From Granulicella sp. (GTDB lineage Bacteria; Acidobacteriota; Terriglobia; Terriglobales; Acidobacteriaceae): DNA of 56,054 nucleotides. The stretch's first letter is position 1, and each line of letters starts with the position of its first letter. Positions 1 through 9,588 of the stretch are shown piece by piece. Both the position numbers and the translations under genes were made by a program. The notes under the pieces are model-generated. The model worked only from the letters and a program-made list of their open reading frames with translations. It was not told where the DNA came from and searched no databases. The DNA is taken from NCBI GenBank assembly GCA_027339965.1, contig DAHWNL010000044.1, forward strand, positions 1-56,054, written 5' to 3'.

Positions 1-1
1 C

Positions 2-1915
2 GAAGAGCGAAGGATCCGGATAATGCAGACGGTGAAACTCTCCGGAGTTCTGCACGAAGCTATTTGCCTTGCCGAGCAGGAAGTCGGCCAGAGGGTTCTT
101 GGTGGCGGATCCGGTGAACTCGAGTTTTCCTGAACCGAGAAACCCGCTAGTTTCAGCGTATTGGTTCCAGACGTATGCACCTCCGAATTTGACGGTATGC
201 GCTCCATGCGTCCAGTAAAAACTATCCACCGCGCCCAACTCCTCCTGAGCTTGATTGAGTTGACCGTTGCCGCCAATTCCCATCTTCCAGTAGCCTTTGA
301 TGGCGAATTGCGGTTGGTCGGATAGCAAGGCTCCCTCGGCGATCTGGCTTCCGAGGCTTTGCCAGTCATAGTTGAACCTGTTTCCAACGATCGTGTGGTC
401 GAGCGTATAGAAGAGGTGCAGACTGTTCACGGCATTGGGAGAGACGATCCATTGATCCCTGACCACGCCGTTCATCAGATTTCCGGTGTTCAATGTCCCG
501 CTGAAGTCAAGAATCTGGTTCCCACCTGCATTCGGTATTTGTGTGGTGCCTTGCGAGATGAAAAACGTGGCTGACAACTCATGCCGGCTGTTGAATTGAT
601 CGTCGATGCGCGCCAACCCCTGGTTGGTGGATGTGTTTGCGGACGCAAACTGCTCTGGAGGTGCTCCCGTCGTTGGATTCTCCAGCGGCACAAACTTCAG
701 CAGATTCTGCGCCACAGGATCAAGTGCCGAAGGGCAGATGATGGGCGCGGCATCAGTGCCGCAGTTGGTGCCCGCGGGCAGCACCGGCGTTGGTTTCAGC
801 GTACTCACATCGCCTGTTGCTTCCGCCGGCGTTAATGTGATGAGAGTTGATGCAACAATGTCCGGCGTCACGGTTTGCAATCCTTCATACGAAAGAAAGA
901 AAAACATTTTATTTCGCATGAGAGGCCCACCGAAGTTTCCGCCGAACTGGTTCTGTTTGAGAGGTGTCACCTGATTGATGAAATAGTTTTTGGCATTCAA
1001 AATGCTATTTCGCAGGTAGTCGTAGGCCAATCCGTGAAAGTGATTGGTGCCTGAGCGGGTGATCATGTTGACGACGCCTCCTGGCTCGCGTCCGAACTCC
1101 GCATCAAAGTTGCTGGTCAGGATGCGGAACTCCTGTAACGCGTCGGGATTCGGGATTACATTTCCTCCGTCACGGAAGAATTCGTCATCGTAGCCACCGT
1201 CCAGATAGTACGAGTCATAGTTGGACCGCATTCCATTGGAGCTGAACTTTGTGCCGGTATTGTTTCCGTAGGCCGGTCCTGTTGCAACTTGCACTACCCC
1301 CGGTACAAGCCCCACCAGATCATATGCGTTTCTGCCGTTCAGTGGTAGGTCCTGGATGCTCTTCTGTTCCACGGTGAAACCGATCTGCGACTCGCGCGTA
1401 TCGACCATCGTCGTATTTGCCGTCACGGTGACCGACTGAACCGCGGATCCGAGTTGAAGCTGAAATCTCACCTGGACGTTCTGATTGGCTGACAACTGGA
1501 TGTCTTTTTGGACCAGGGTCTCAAAACCCCTGTGGCTTGCGGCCACCTGGTAGTTCCCTGGGACCAGCACCGGAAACAGGTAGTTGCCCGCTTTGTTCGA
1601 GACCGAGGTTTGCGTTTCGCCCGTCTGCACATTGGTGACGGTGACCGCGGCGTTTGGGACGACGGCGCCGCTCGGGTCCGCGACCGTGCCATAAATCGAA
1701 CCACTGATCGACTGCGCAAAGGCTGGAGTGAAAGAAAATGCCAGCAGCGTAAGGACAAGGAACGCAGAGGCGGTTCCATGGGCAATCGCTGTATGCCTGA
1801 AGGAGCGCACTTTCGATGCGAAGGCGCGGATTTGCGCATAACGCACAGAAGAAAAGCGGGCCCAGACCGATTTGAGGCTGGCGCCTGGAAGTAAGCCACT
1901 GTTTTTCGGATTCAT
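2..1915 (-). CDS. TonB-dependent receptor, Oar-like with N-terminal carboxypeptidase-regulatory-like domain; 3' part runs off the window
   Basis: Absent from the ORF track because it is open-ended. Hand translation from ATG 1915 (GGAGG RBS at ~1927-1931) gives ...AFAQSISGSIYGTVADPSGAVVPNAAVTVTN...LPLNGRN...PNPDALQEFRILTSNFDAEFGR...RSGTNHFHG...NQFGGNFGGP, with no stop to base 2. Confidence 0.92.
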   Translation of the reverse strand, partial: MNPKNSGLLPGASLKSVWARFSSVRYAQIRAFASKVRSFRHTAIAHGTASAFLVLTLLAFSFTPAFAQSISGSIYGTVADPSGAVVPNAAVTVTNVQTGETQTSVSNKAGNYLFPVLVPGNYQVAASHRGFETLVQKDIQLSANQNVQVRFQLQLGSAVQSVTVTANTTMVDTRESQIGFTVEQKSIQDLPLNGRNAYDLVGLVPGVVQVATGPAYGNNTGTKFSSNGMRSNYDSYYLDGGYDDEFFRDGGNVIPNPDALQEFRILTSNFDAEFGREPGGVVNMITRSGTNHFHGLAYDYLRNSILNAKNYFINQVTPLKQNQFGGNFGGPLMRNKMFFFLSYEGLQTVTPDIVASTLITLTPAEATGDVSTLKPTPVLPAGTNCGTDAAPIICPSALDPVAQNLLKFVPLENPTTGAPPEQFASANTSTNQGLARIDDQFNSRHELSATFFISQGTTQIPNAGGNQILDFSGTLNTGNLMNGVVRDQWIVSPNAVNSLHLFYTLDHTIVGNRFNYDWQSLGSQIAEGALLSDQPQFAIKGYWKMGIGGNGQLNQAQEELGAVDSFYWTHGAHTVKFGGAYVWNQYAETSGFLGSGKLEFTGSATKNPLADFLLGKANSFVQNSGEFHRLHYPDPSLF

Positions 1916-2071
1916 CGCCCTAATTTCCTCCATTTTCACAATTGATCGGTTTGGCCTACATCGGAAGGCCGTCCTTCGCAGCGTGCAGAAACAGGTGCGC
2001 TACGCACTGACCCCATGGGACAGGGTCCGCACCTGGACTGGCTCTGCCGCCGGCGTGCAACGTCGTCGCAA

Positions 2072-2105
2072 GAAACCGATTTCGTCACGGGAATAAAGCG
2101 CTTTA
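2072..2105. promoter_or_regulatory. Two LacI-family operator-like palindromes upstream of the TBDR
   Basis: GAAACCGATTTC (2072-2083) and perfect TAAAGCGCTTTA (2094-2105), both CG-centred. Confidence 0.5.
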
Positions 2106-2489
2106 ATTATCAACAACATCTTTACGGCTCACCTCTGTGAAAGATCGTTCAGCCTACCAAACAAGCTCTTTCTCGCTCTCTGATTCCAATGTCTTGGCGC
2201 AAAGGCTGGATTGGGAGGTTCCTCATCATGTCTCGAAGCGAAGTTGCCGGATTCGGAGCGTTATGCAACCGCATTCTTTGACAGGAGGGAATTTACATCA
2301 CTCGCTGCGGAACTGTCAAGAAAGCTTTTTTCAGCACCTCACAAATTTCAGGGCTTGGAGCGTAATCGCAATACAATCAGCGTCATGCCCTGTTCGGGAA
2401 GTGGGCGGGTTGCGATTCGTGCTGCAAGCGATTTTCCGCCCGGAAGATTCCTCTCACGAAGACGGCCCGCGTGAGCGATTGCTGAGTCC

Positions 2490-3065
2490 GCTTCCGCTAT
2501 AAAGCCCAACTGAGAAGTGCTCAGGCCAAATGTGCGGCGGTCTTTCCAAGCCGCTCGGCAAGTTTGTTGCGTAGCTGCTCTACGCATCCGGTCCCGCCAG
2601 GACGTAAGACTCAGCAACCTCGGCCGCACGCTCAGCGAAGCAGTCCCGCTCAGCCGCACCGAGAAGCGTTTGCGGCGCAACTTGAAGCACGCTGAGGGAG
2701 AGGATGAACTGACCATTGAGTTAGCCGAGATGCCCGGCAGGCGCATTTGCGAAGACACGGTGCTGGCGCTGGATCTGAGCGACATTCGCAAAGAGTATTC
2801 GCAGAGGATGCAAGATCTGGCGGCGGTCTGGGATATTAGCTCGGGAGAGACGCACCCGGACTATTGGCTGGTGGACGTGACCGCGGCTGAGGCTGATGGC
2901 AACGAGATCGTGCCTGTACGCCAGAAGCTGTTTTCGACCCAGGCCAAGGAGTTCCGCAGCGAGAACGCCGAGATCCTCTCCGTCGTCGACGCGGCCAACC
3001 GTTCTCTGAACCGCCGCGGCATCTGGACCATGGATCGCGGCTTGGATCGCGAGACGTTGCTGTTT
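2490..3065 (+). pseudogene. IS4-like DDE transposase fragment (degenerate 5' end, 3' truncated)
   Basis: DVRLSNLGRTL..RTEKRLRRNL..VLALDLSDIRKEY..FRSENAEIL..GIWTMDRGLDR. Similarity stops at ~3065; the rest of ORF 2517-3590 is spacer and the antisense strand of the next gene. Confidence 0.75.
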
Positions 3066-3167
3066 CGTCGTCGAACCAGCCCCTCGCAGTCGTATCGAAC
3101 GGACTGCCTCTTGAAACTTCACAACCAGAGGATCCATGGATCCATGGACGGAGCAATGAACCATTTT

Positions 3168-4220
3168 TTATGGCGCGGTTGTCGAAGCGTCCTCTCGCTC
3201 TCCAGGCCAGTGCCACGTCTTCAGATCCTCGCTCCATGCGATCACGATGCTGCAGTTCGCGTTGGTGTTGGCATCCGTCTTTTGTTTGCCGGGCCCCATG
3301 CTGTGACACACCAGAACATATGCACCGACCTCCGGCGCCTTTCGAAGATCCGCAACATATCCTGCCGTCAAGCGTGTTTCCGCCCACGGCCAATGCTGCT
3401 GTCCAAGCGTGATCGTCTGCCCATCCGTCCGCCACGTCTTCAGGTTAGAAGATCGCAGAACGCCGATGCCATTTTGGGGCGCATAAAAGAGAACATATCC
3501 CCTCTTCTGCACCAGCACATCGGGATTCTCGCCCCTTACAATCATCCCCTCTTGGGGAGTCCAGGTCTTAAGATCCATCGACCACGCTGAGTGGATTGCG
3601 CCACTCTCCTTATAGAAACACCACCATTTCCCTTTCACGTCCTTATCGGGAAAGATAAAGGGATCGATCTGGCTGCCCATCTGTTTGGGGCTAACCTCAG
3701 GCCCGTTGATCCGAATGACCTTTGGTGCACTCCAATGGGTTAGATCCCTGCTCCGGCTCAGGAAGAGGTGGGAGCCTCCACGCGCAAAGCGCAATGGATC
3801 GCCGCGATGCATCCCAACAATGGGGTAACTATCGAAACACAGAACCCATTCTCCGCCAACCCGGGTCAGGCTTCCCGGACTCGCATAGTTGAGGTTCTGG
3901 CCTTTCGGCGTGAGAACGCGCGGCTTGCTCCAGTGCTGCAAATCACGCGAAGTGCTTTCGCCCACATACCAATAAATGAGATGATCCTCCTCTTCTCGCA
4001 CGTAACTGTAGAAAAGATAAAACTTACCATTCTCATAGGCCAGAAGTGGATCGCGAAATGCTGTATGCTCGTCTCCCTTGAGGATAATGGGGCTTTTTAG
4101 CTCGAGAAGAAGATGGCCCGGGTTCTCTGCTTGTGCACCGCACTGGCCACCGGCAGCCGCGATAAGAACCATGCCGAGCAGACTGCGCGCGTTGAAACGG
4201 AAGAGCTTAAAGTGCGTCAC
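3168..4220 (-). CDS. Secreted five-bladed beta-propeller glycoside hydrolase (GH32/GH43-like, family uncertain)
   Basis: Likely GTG start at 4220 with a GAGAGG RBS. Signal peptide, FRDP and QIDP motifs, and Asp-box-like SRDLQHW/SRDLTHW/SMDLKTW/SEDLKTW repeats. Confidence 0.75.
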   Translation of the reverse strand: MTHFKLFRFNARSLLGMVLIAAAGGQCGAQAENPGHLLLELKSPIILKGDEHTAFRDPLLAYENGKFYLFYSYVREEEDHLIYWYVGESTSRDLQHWSKPRVLTPKGQNLNYASPGSLTRVGGEWVLCFDSYPIVGMHRGDPLRFARGGSHLFLSRSRDLTHWSAPKVIRINGPEVSPKQMGSQIDPFIFPDKDVKGKWWCFYKESGAIHSAWSMDLKTWTPQEGMIVRGENPDVLVQKRGYVLFYAPQNGIGVLRSSNLKTWRTDGQTITLGQQHWPWAETRLTAGYVADLRKAPEVGAYVLVCHSMGPGKQKTDANTNANCSIVIAWSEDLKTWHWPGEREDASTTAP

Positions 4221-4469
4221 TCGGAAACACCTCTCATTGGATTGTACTGTTAGAGAGGGACCTGTCAGAGCTTTGCCGTTTCGGGAGCCTGTTGAGAGAG
4301 TCTTGACAAAGCAGAACAAGCCGGCGTTTACTTTACGGCGGAGACAAACAAGCGGGCCGTGCAACGCAACATTTGCCTTGAAGACTACTCAGTGGCATGA
4401 ACCTTGCTGGTTCTGGCAGATAGAACGCTGGAAAAGTGTACCTTAGGAATTGCCGAGAGAGATGCCGCA

Positions 4470-4483
4470 TGTAAACGAATACA
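4470..4483. promoter_or_regulatory. LacI/cre-like operator between the divergent glycosidase genes
   Basis: TGTAAACGAATACA, a near-palindrome resembling TGTAAACGTTTACA. Confidence 0.4.
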
Positions 4484-4581
4484 ACAACCTTTTTTCTGGA
4501 TCGGTGTTTGCATCGGAAACCCGCGTGCTGTGTTGTTCTCTGAGCACCACGGCACAATTGTCACTTTGAGAGCATGCCCCT

Positions 4582-5832
4582 ATGAAGTTATTGGTCAGGA
4601 TCACGATATCTGCACTGCTCGGATCCATTCTCACGATATGCATCGCGTGTGGAGGTTCTGGAACTCAAAGCATGTCTTCAACGCCAACAAAGAGCGGCGC
4701 GGGAGTTGCTGTTGTGTCAGGGAAGCTAGTCGTGGCGGGAACCAATACGGTGTTCCTGCCCAGAGGGTTCACCTCAGTCGGTGTAGTCTACCCAACCCAG
4801 TACGCCAGCACATTGTGCACGCAGCCTACCGTAGCTCCAGGTTCAAGGGTAGCGCAGGCGTTGCAGGATGCCCAGACAGCTCTTACGGCGCCTCCATTAC
4901 CCGGGCTGGGCTACAACGCATCCTTTCAGGCCATGGTCCAGGATTGGCATGCCAATAGCGTGCGCCTCCAGGTAAGCCAAGGGGCCCTCGAATACGAAAA
5001 CGAAAACGACCTGTCGGCATATACCACCATGGTGCGAAGCGCGATTGCACAGGCACGCGCTGCGGGACTCATCGTGTTCATTGCTGTGCAGTCCGAGGTC
5101 TACGGCTGTACCCCCTATGAGAACGGGGCGCTGCAGAAACTCCCGGACGTTCATACGCAACATGCCTGGGCGCAGCTTCTGAATTCGACGCTTACGAGTG
5201 ACAAAGGTATTGTTTTAGAGATATTCAATGAGCCCGACACGAATACAGCATGCAATACCGGGCTACCGTATCCGGAGGCTGATTGGACAGATTGGGCGAC
5301 AGGCTGCGGAACCGAGCCCAGTCAAGGGATGTTACCGCTGGCGCAATACGTGCGAACGCTTGCCCCCAACAACGTTTTGGTCATTGATGGCGATCGGTCG
5401 GCAGGGACATTTGCCGGCTTCGTTGTCCCCAGCGGAATGCCGTCCAACTCGGCGTACACCGTGCACCCATACGATTATGTCGCGGGCAGCGTAAGCGCAA
5501 GCATCAGTCTCTGGGATAGCTTGTTCGGTGAATTTGAGCAAGGCGGTCAAGCAGTGATCGTTACAGAATGGAATGAAGCCCTTGGATGCCGAAGTGATCC
5601 CAATCAGGCCATCACAGACGAGTTCCTCCAGAATTATCTGCCAGATCACTCCATAGGAATGGTCGCCTATGCATGGGACGCGCCCTACTGGAATAGCGGC
5701 TACCTCGTCAATAGCTACAACTACTCCGGCAACACAGCCAACTACAACGTGGTGGACCCAAATAGCTCTGGATGCCCTCAAGACGGAGGGAATGAGTTAC
5801 TGCAGGAGTTCCAGACCCAAGCTGCGCAGTAA
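4582..5832 (+). CDS. Cellulase-family (GH5, clan GH-A) glycoside hydrolase, probable lipoprotein
   Basis: Lipobox-like CIAC-GGSG; WHANSVRL; EIFNEP acid/base; HPY; VTEWN nucleophile. Confidence 0.8.
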   Translation: MKLLVRITISALLGSILTICIACGGSGTQSMSSTPTKSGAGVAVVSGKLVVAGTNTVFLPRGFTSVGVVYPTQYASTLCTQPTVAPGSRVAQALQDAQTALTAPPLPGLGYNASFQAMVQDWHANSVRLQVSQGALEYENENDLSAYTTMVRSAIAQARAAGLIVFIAVQSEVYGCTPYENGALQKLPDVHTQHAWAQLLNSTLTSDKGIVLEIFNEPDTNTACNTGLPYPEADWTDWATGCGTEPSQGMLPLAQYVRTLAPNNVLVIDGDRSAGTFAGFVVPSGMPSNSAYTVHPYDYVAGSVSASISLWDSLFGEFEQGGQAVIVTEWNEALGCRSDPNQAITDEFLQNYLPDHSIGMVAYAWDAPYWNSGYLVNSYNYSGNTANYNVVDPNSSGCPQDGGNELLQEFQTQAAQ

Positions 5833-5893
5833 TTTGCTTGCCCTGGGTACCTAGCATTTCGTTCGCAGTTTATCACCAACTCCGGTATCTGAG

Positions 5894-7474
5894 ATGACAA
5901 CGAAAAACTCTTTCGGGATTGCTGTTGTTCTCCTAATAATGTTGTTTTGGCGCGCGGGCACCGCATATTCCCAGTATGAGAATCCGGTATTGCGCGGCAT
6001 GAACCCTGACCCTTCGGTTGTGCGCGTGGGACGTGACTATTACCTTGCGACGAGCAGCTTCGAGTACTTCCCGAGTTGCCCTATTTATCACAGCCTGGAC
6101 TTGGTGCACTGGCAACGGGTCGGATACGCATTGTCACGGCCTTCGCAGTTTGCAAAGCTCAGCCAACACCCATCCACGTACGCCGCGACGCTTCGCTATC
6201 ACGACGGCACTTTTTATCTGATCACAACTGATGTTCGCGGCGGCGGTAACTTCTATGTCACCGCACGCAATCCTGCTGGGCCTTGGTCGGATCCAATCAA
6301 GATCGACACTGGCATGTTCGATGGTAGCCTCTTCTTCGATGATGACGGCACTGTGTATTACACGCGGCGCGGCCCGGGTGTCAGGAAGGGGATCGTGCAG
6401 GCTACCATCAATATCAGTAACGGCAAGCTTACATCACCCCTTCGCACAATATCTAGAGGCATGGTGTCAAGCGATGCAGAAGGTCCGCATCTCTACAAAC
6501 TCAATGGCTGGTACTATCTGGTTCAAGCAGAGGGCGGCTCTCGCTTCCTGCACATGGAAACCGTGGGCCGCAGCAAGAGTCCTTGGGGGCCATTCACGCC
6601 GGATCCCGACAATCCTTTCGTGTCCCAGCGTGTCTCGTGGAATTACCCGGTGTTGTCGGTTGGCCACTGCGATTGGACCGACACATCGGAAGGCAAGTGG
6701 TGGATCGTGTGTCTTGGAACGCGCCATCCGAATTACAACAGCTTCAGCATAGGACGTGAGACCTTTCTCTATCCGATGCAGTGGAAGAACGACTGGCCGT
6801 CCGTTCAACAACAAGACATCGACCAGTTGCAGGTAAACGCGCCTGTGCCGATGCCGCATCCATGGTCACCGCGTCCATCTCGCGACAACTTCGATTCCAC
6901 GAAACTCGATGATGAGTGGAACACGATCGGGCCACTTGGGTTCGGAACGTTCTCATTGACTGAGCGACCAGGGTTTCTGCGCCTGCACGGCCAGGAATCA
7001 CTGCTCTCGTTCAGCGCCGCTACGGCATTTGTCGGTCGGCGGCAAACGGGGTGGACGAGCAGCGCGGAGACGCAATTGGAGTTCAATCCCAAGTCAGACA
7101 ACCAGGAGGCTGGGCTAGCGGTTCTTATGTCGCCCACCTATCACTATGAGATATTCGTCACGACTCGGGGCGGCCAGCGCGTGGTCATACTCCGCAAGCA
7201 AGCGGGAGACATGTCGCAAGTAGCGGCACAATCTCCAGCCCCGCCGGGGCCGCTACGCTTGCGCATCGACTCCGACCCGCTGAAATACAGTTTTTACTAT
7301 GCCGGCGCCAAAGGGGACTGGAAGCTCCTTGGCACTGGGTTGGAGCGCCTCATCTCAAGCGAGGTCGCAGCCATTTGGAGCGGTGCGTACTTCGGCATGT
7401 ACTCCAGCGGCAATGGAGTGAAGTGCACCACCCCTGCCGACTTTGATTGGTTTCAGTACGAAGCGCGATCATAA
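5894..7474 (+). CDS. GH43 beta-xylosidase/arabinofuranosidase with C-terminal ConA-like domain
   Basis: NPVLRGMNPDPSVVRVG..TSSFEYFP, EGPHLYK, AEGG, GRET and ERPGFLRL motifs; ends ADFDWFQY; signal peptide. Confidence 0.92.
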   Translation: MTTKNSFGIAVVLLIMLFWRAGTAYSQYENPVLRGMNPDPSVVRVGRDYYLATSSFEYFPSCPIYHSLDLVHWQRVGYALSRPSQFAKLSQHPSTYAATLRYHDGTFYLITTDVRGGGNFYVTARNPAGPWSDPIKIDTGMFDGSLFFDDDGTVYYTRRGPGVRKGIVQATINISNGKLTSPLRTISRGMVSSDAEGPHLYKLNGWYYLVQAEGGSRFLHMETVGRSKSPWGPFTPDPDNPFVSQRVSWNYPVLSVGHCDWTDTSEGKWWIVCLGTRHPNYNSFSIGRETFLYPMQWKNDWPSVQQQDIDQLQVNAPVPMPHPWSPRPSRDNFDSTKLDDEWNTIGPLGFGTFSLTERPGFLRLHGQESLLSFSAATAFVGRRQTGWTSSAETQLEFNPKSDNQEAGLAVLMSPTYHYEIFVTTRGGQRVVILRKQAGDMSQVAAQSPAPPGPLRLRIDSDPLKYSFYYAGAKGDWKLLGTGLERLISSEVAAIWSGAYFGMYSSGNGVKCTTPADFDWFQYEARS

Positions 7475-7486
7475 TCCAATACGCAC

Positions 7487-8344
7487 GTGAGGGAGATGAG
7501 CGGATTCAGGACGGCATGTTCGGCTGTGTTTCATTGGAGCAATGTGTTTCATTGGAGCAACGAGCGCCACAGAATCATCCGCTACGGTTGGTGCGTGGGC
7601 TAACCGATGCAGTGTTGCGGACGCTGGTCGCGGAGTTCGACGCGCTGTATTCCGCTTCGGGTCGTCTGCCGATTGCGCCGGAGTACATTCCGCGGGCGCT
7701 GCTGCTGCCGGTGTTCTACGCGATGCGCTCGGGGCGACTGCTGGTCGACCAGATCGACTTCAACCTCCTGTTCCGCTGGTTCGTGAGCTTGGGCATCGAC
7801 GATGCTTTGTGGAATCATGCGGTATTCTACAAGAACCGCTCGCGGCGCATCACCGTGAGCGCGGACAAGACCTGCGACACGAAGAATTTTGGCGGCGCGG
7901 CGCGGGACCTGAACGTGACGCCACATATGCCCGGAACAATATAGGGACGGCGCAGCCATCTGGGCAGCAGGAGCACGCGCCACTCCGGCTATGCCGTGAG
8001 TCTGATTCGATGCCGGCTCGTGGAGAAGAGCTTCGGATGGCGCAAGCAGACCGGGCCGTTGCGCCGGGTCAAGTTGCGAGGACTGGAGAAAGTGGATTGG
8101 CTGTTCGTCCTTGGCTGCGCTGCGCATAACCTGATCCGGTTGCCGAGACTGACGATTCAACCGCCTGCAACTCTCAGGGCGCAGCGCGCCTGAGCAACGG
8201 TTCGGGCCTCGGGGATGGCCCCATGAGGCTCCCAAGCATCTGTACACGCTGCCCAGAACAACATTTCCGACAGAATTCGAACACGAAGAAGTGACAATCA
8301 CCAGAAGAGACGCCGCAATCGGGCAATTTTCAACGAGTTGCCAG
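7487..8344 (+). mobile_element. IS5-family element remnant: internally deleted transposase pseudogene with a degenerate right end
   Basis: GDERIQDGMF..HPLR..FDALYS..NLLFRWFV..WNHAVFYKNR is joined directly to ITVSADK..VTPH. In-frame TAG at 7942-7944, then RHSGYAVS..EKSFGW..AAHNLIRLPRL (stop 8193). TTTTCAACGAGTTGCCAG at ~8327-8344 resembles a terminal IR. Confidence 0.82.
7525..7560 (+). repeat. Perfect 18-bp tandem duplication (CVSLEQ x2)
   Basis: tgtgtttcattggagcaa occurs at 7525-7542 and 7543-7560. Confidence 0.95.
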
Positions 8345-8486
8345 AGTCGCAAGGCAGGGAGCGCCGGGGTAGAATGGAGAGCCGCGCAGCACCTACTCCG
8401 AGATCTTTGCCGACGGCAGCGGTTGGAGATGGATCTGGCGCAGTTCCGCCCGCAATCTCGAAGCTCCGCGGAGGAGAATCCGAACC

Positions 8487-8948
8487 ATGACCCTAAACCT
8501 CTCTCATCTTCTCTATCGCGATCTCCGCACTCATGGCGAAGAGACCTACCCTGAGGAGTGCTGCGGCATTCTGCTGGGCAGAGCAGACGGCGGCTCCATC
8601 ACCGTCCTCCGTCTGGTGCGCGCCGGCAACACCCGCACTGACAGCGCTCATAACCGCTATAGTATCGCGCCCCAGGAGCTGATCTTCGCCCAGCGCGAGG
8701 GACGCAAGGCCGGCCTGGAGATTGTCGGCTTCTACCACTCCCACCCCGATCACCCCGCCCAGTGGTCCGCGACGGACTTCGCGGAGGCTCATTGGCTGGG
8801 CTGCGCTTACGTCATCACCGCCGTTGAGCAGGGGCGAGCTACAGTCACCAATAGCTTCCTGCTGACCGGGACCCGTGAGGAAGACAAGGCCTTCCGCCCG
8901 CAATCCATCGTGTTACCGTCCTCTGAACCTCGCTTCAACCCGGATTAG
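8487..8948 (+). CDS. JAMM/MPN+ (M67, Mec-like) metalloprotease
   Basis: YPEECCG..GFYHSHPDHPAQWSATD is an intact E-x(n)-HxH-x7-S-x2-D motif; GGAGGAG RBS. Confidence 0.93.
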   Translation: MTLNLSHLLYRDLRTHGEETYPEECCGILLGRADGGSITVLRLVRAGNTRTDSAHNRYSIAPQELIFAQREGRKAGLEIVGFYHSHPDHPAQWSATDFAEAHWLGCAYVITAVEQGRATVTNSFLLTGTREEDKAFRPQSIVLPSSEPRFNPD

Positions 8949-8959
8949 GGAGACACGTC

Positions 8960-9391
8960 ATGTACAAAAGGATCGCAATCGCTTACGACGAATCCAGCTC
9001 CTCCGAACACGCCCTGGCAACAGCCATCTCCCTGGCCGCCGCCCTGGGCGCCAGCCTGCGCATCATCACCGTGGTCGAGCCGCTGCCGCTCTACGTAAAT
9101 ATGACTCTGGCCGTCGATCCCGACCTTCCCCAGCAGCTTCTCAACGAACGGCGCGAGCGGTTTCAACAGGCCCTCAAACTGGCCTTGCAACACGCCGCCG
9201 ACGCTGGCGTCACCGCCGACGCCGCGCTGATTGAAGGTCGCGAGGTGGACGGCATCCTGGCCGAGGTCAGCGCCTGCCACGCCGCCCTGCTGGTCTTCGG
9301 CCTGCACCAGCGCCTCGGCTTTGGAGAGATGGGCAGCACCTCGCACCGCATCGCCATGCGCGTCCCCTGTCCTATCCTTGGCGTCCCTTAA
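8960..9391 (+). CDS. Universal stress protein
   Basis: MYKRIAIAYDESSSSEHAL..LLVFG..MGSTSHRIAMRVPCPILGVP. Confidence 0.9.
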   Translation: MYKRIAIAYDESSSSEHALATAISLAAALGASLRIITVVEPLPLYVNMTLAVDPDLPQQLLNERRERFQQALKLALQHAADAGVTADAALIEGREVDGILAEVSACHAALLVFGLHQRLGFGEMGSTSHRIAMRVPCPILGVP

Positions 9392-9588
9392 AAGCTACGG
9401 TGAAGGACAGGGCACCCAACCTCCCCGAAAACGCCTGCTTCAGCGACCATCCATCCCGATGCCACCCTACCACCGGCGTCTCACCCTCCGGCGGCCCTGT
9501 CCGCAGGATGAAGGCAGGAGCCCGCGCCACTCCTTCTTCTAGTACGCTACGAAAGAGACGACCGACCATCTCTCCCCATGAGGCGACC

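Noticed and set aside
2517..3590. 357-aa ORF as one real protein
   Set aside because: It is a chimera: a transposase fragment to ~3065, then spacer and the antisense strand of the propeller glycosidase.
8345..8486. Possible cysM 3' remnant (EIFADGSG) upstream of the JAMM gene
   Set aside because: The resemblance is only a few residues, too short to support.
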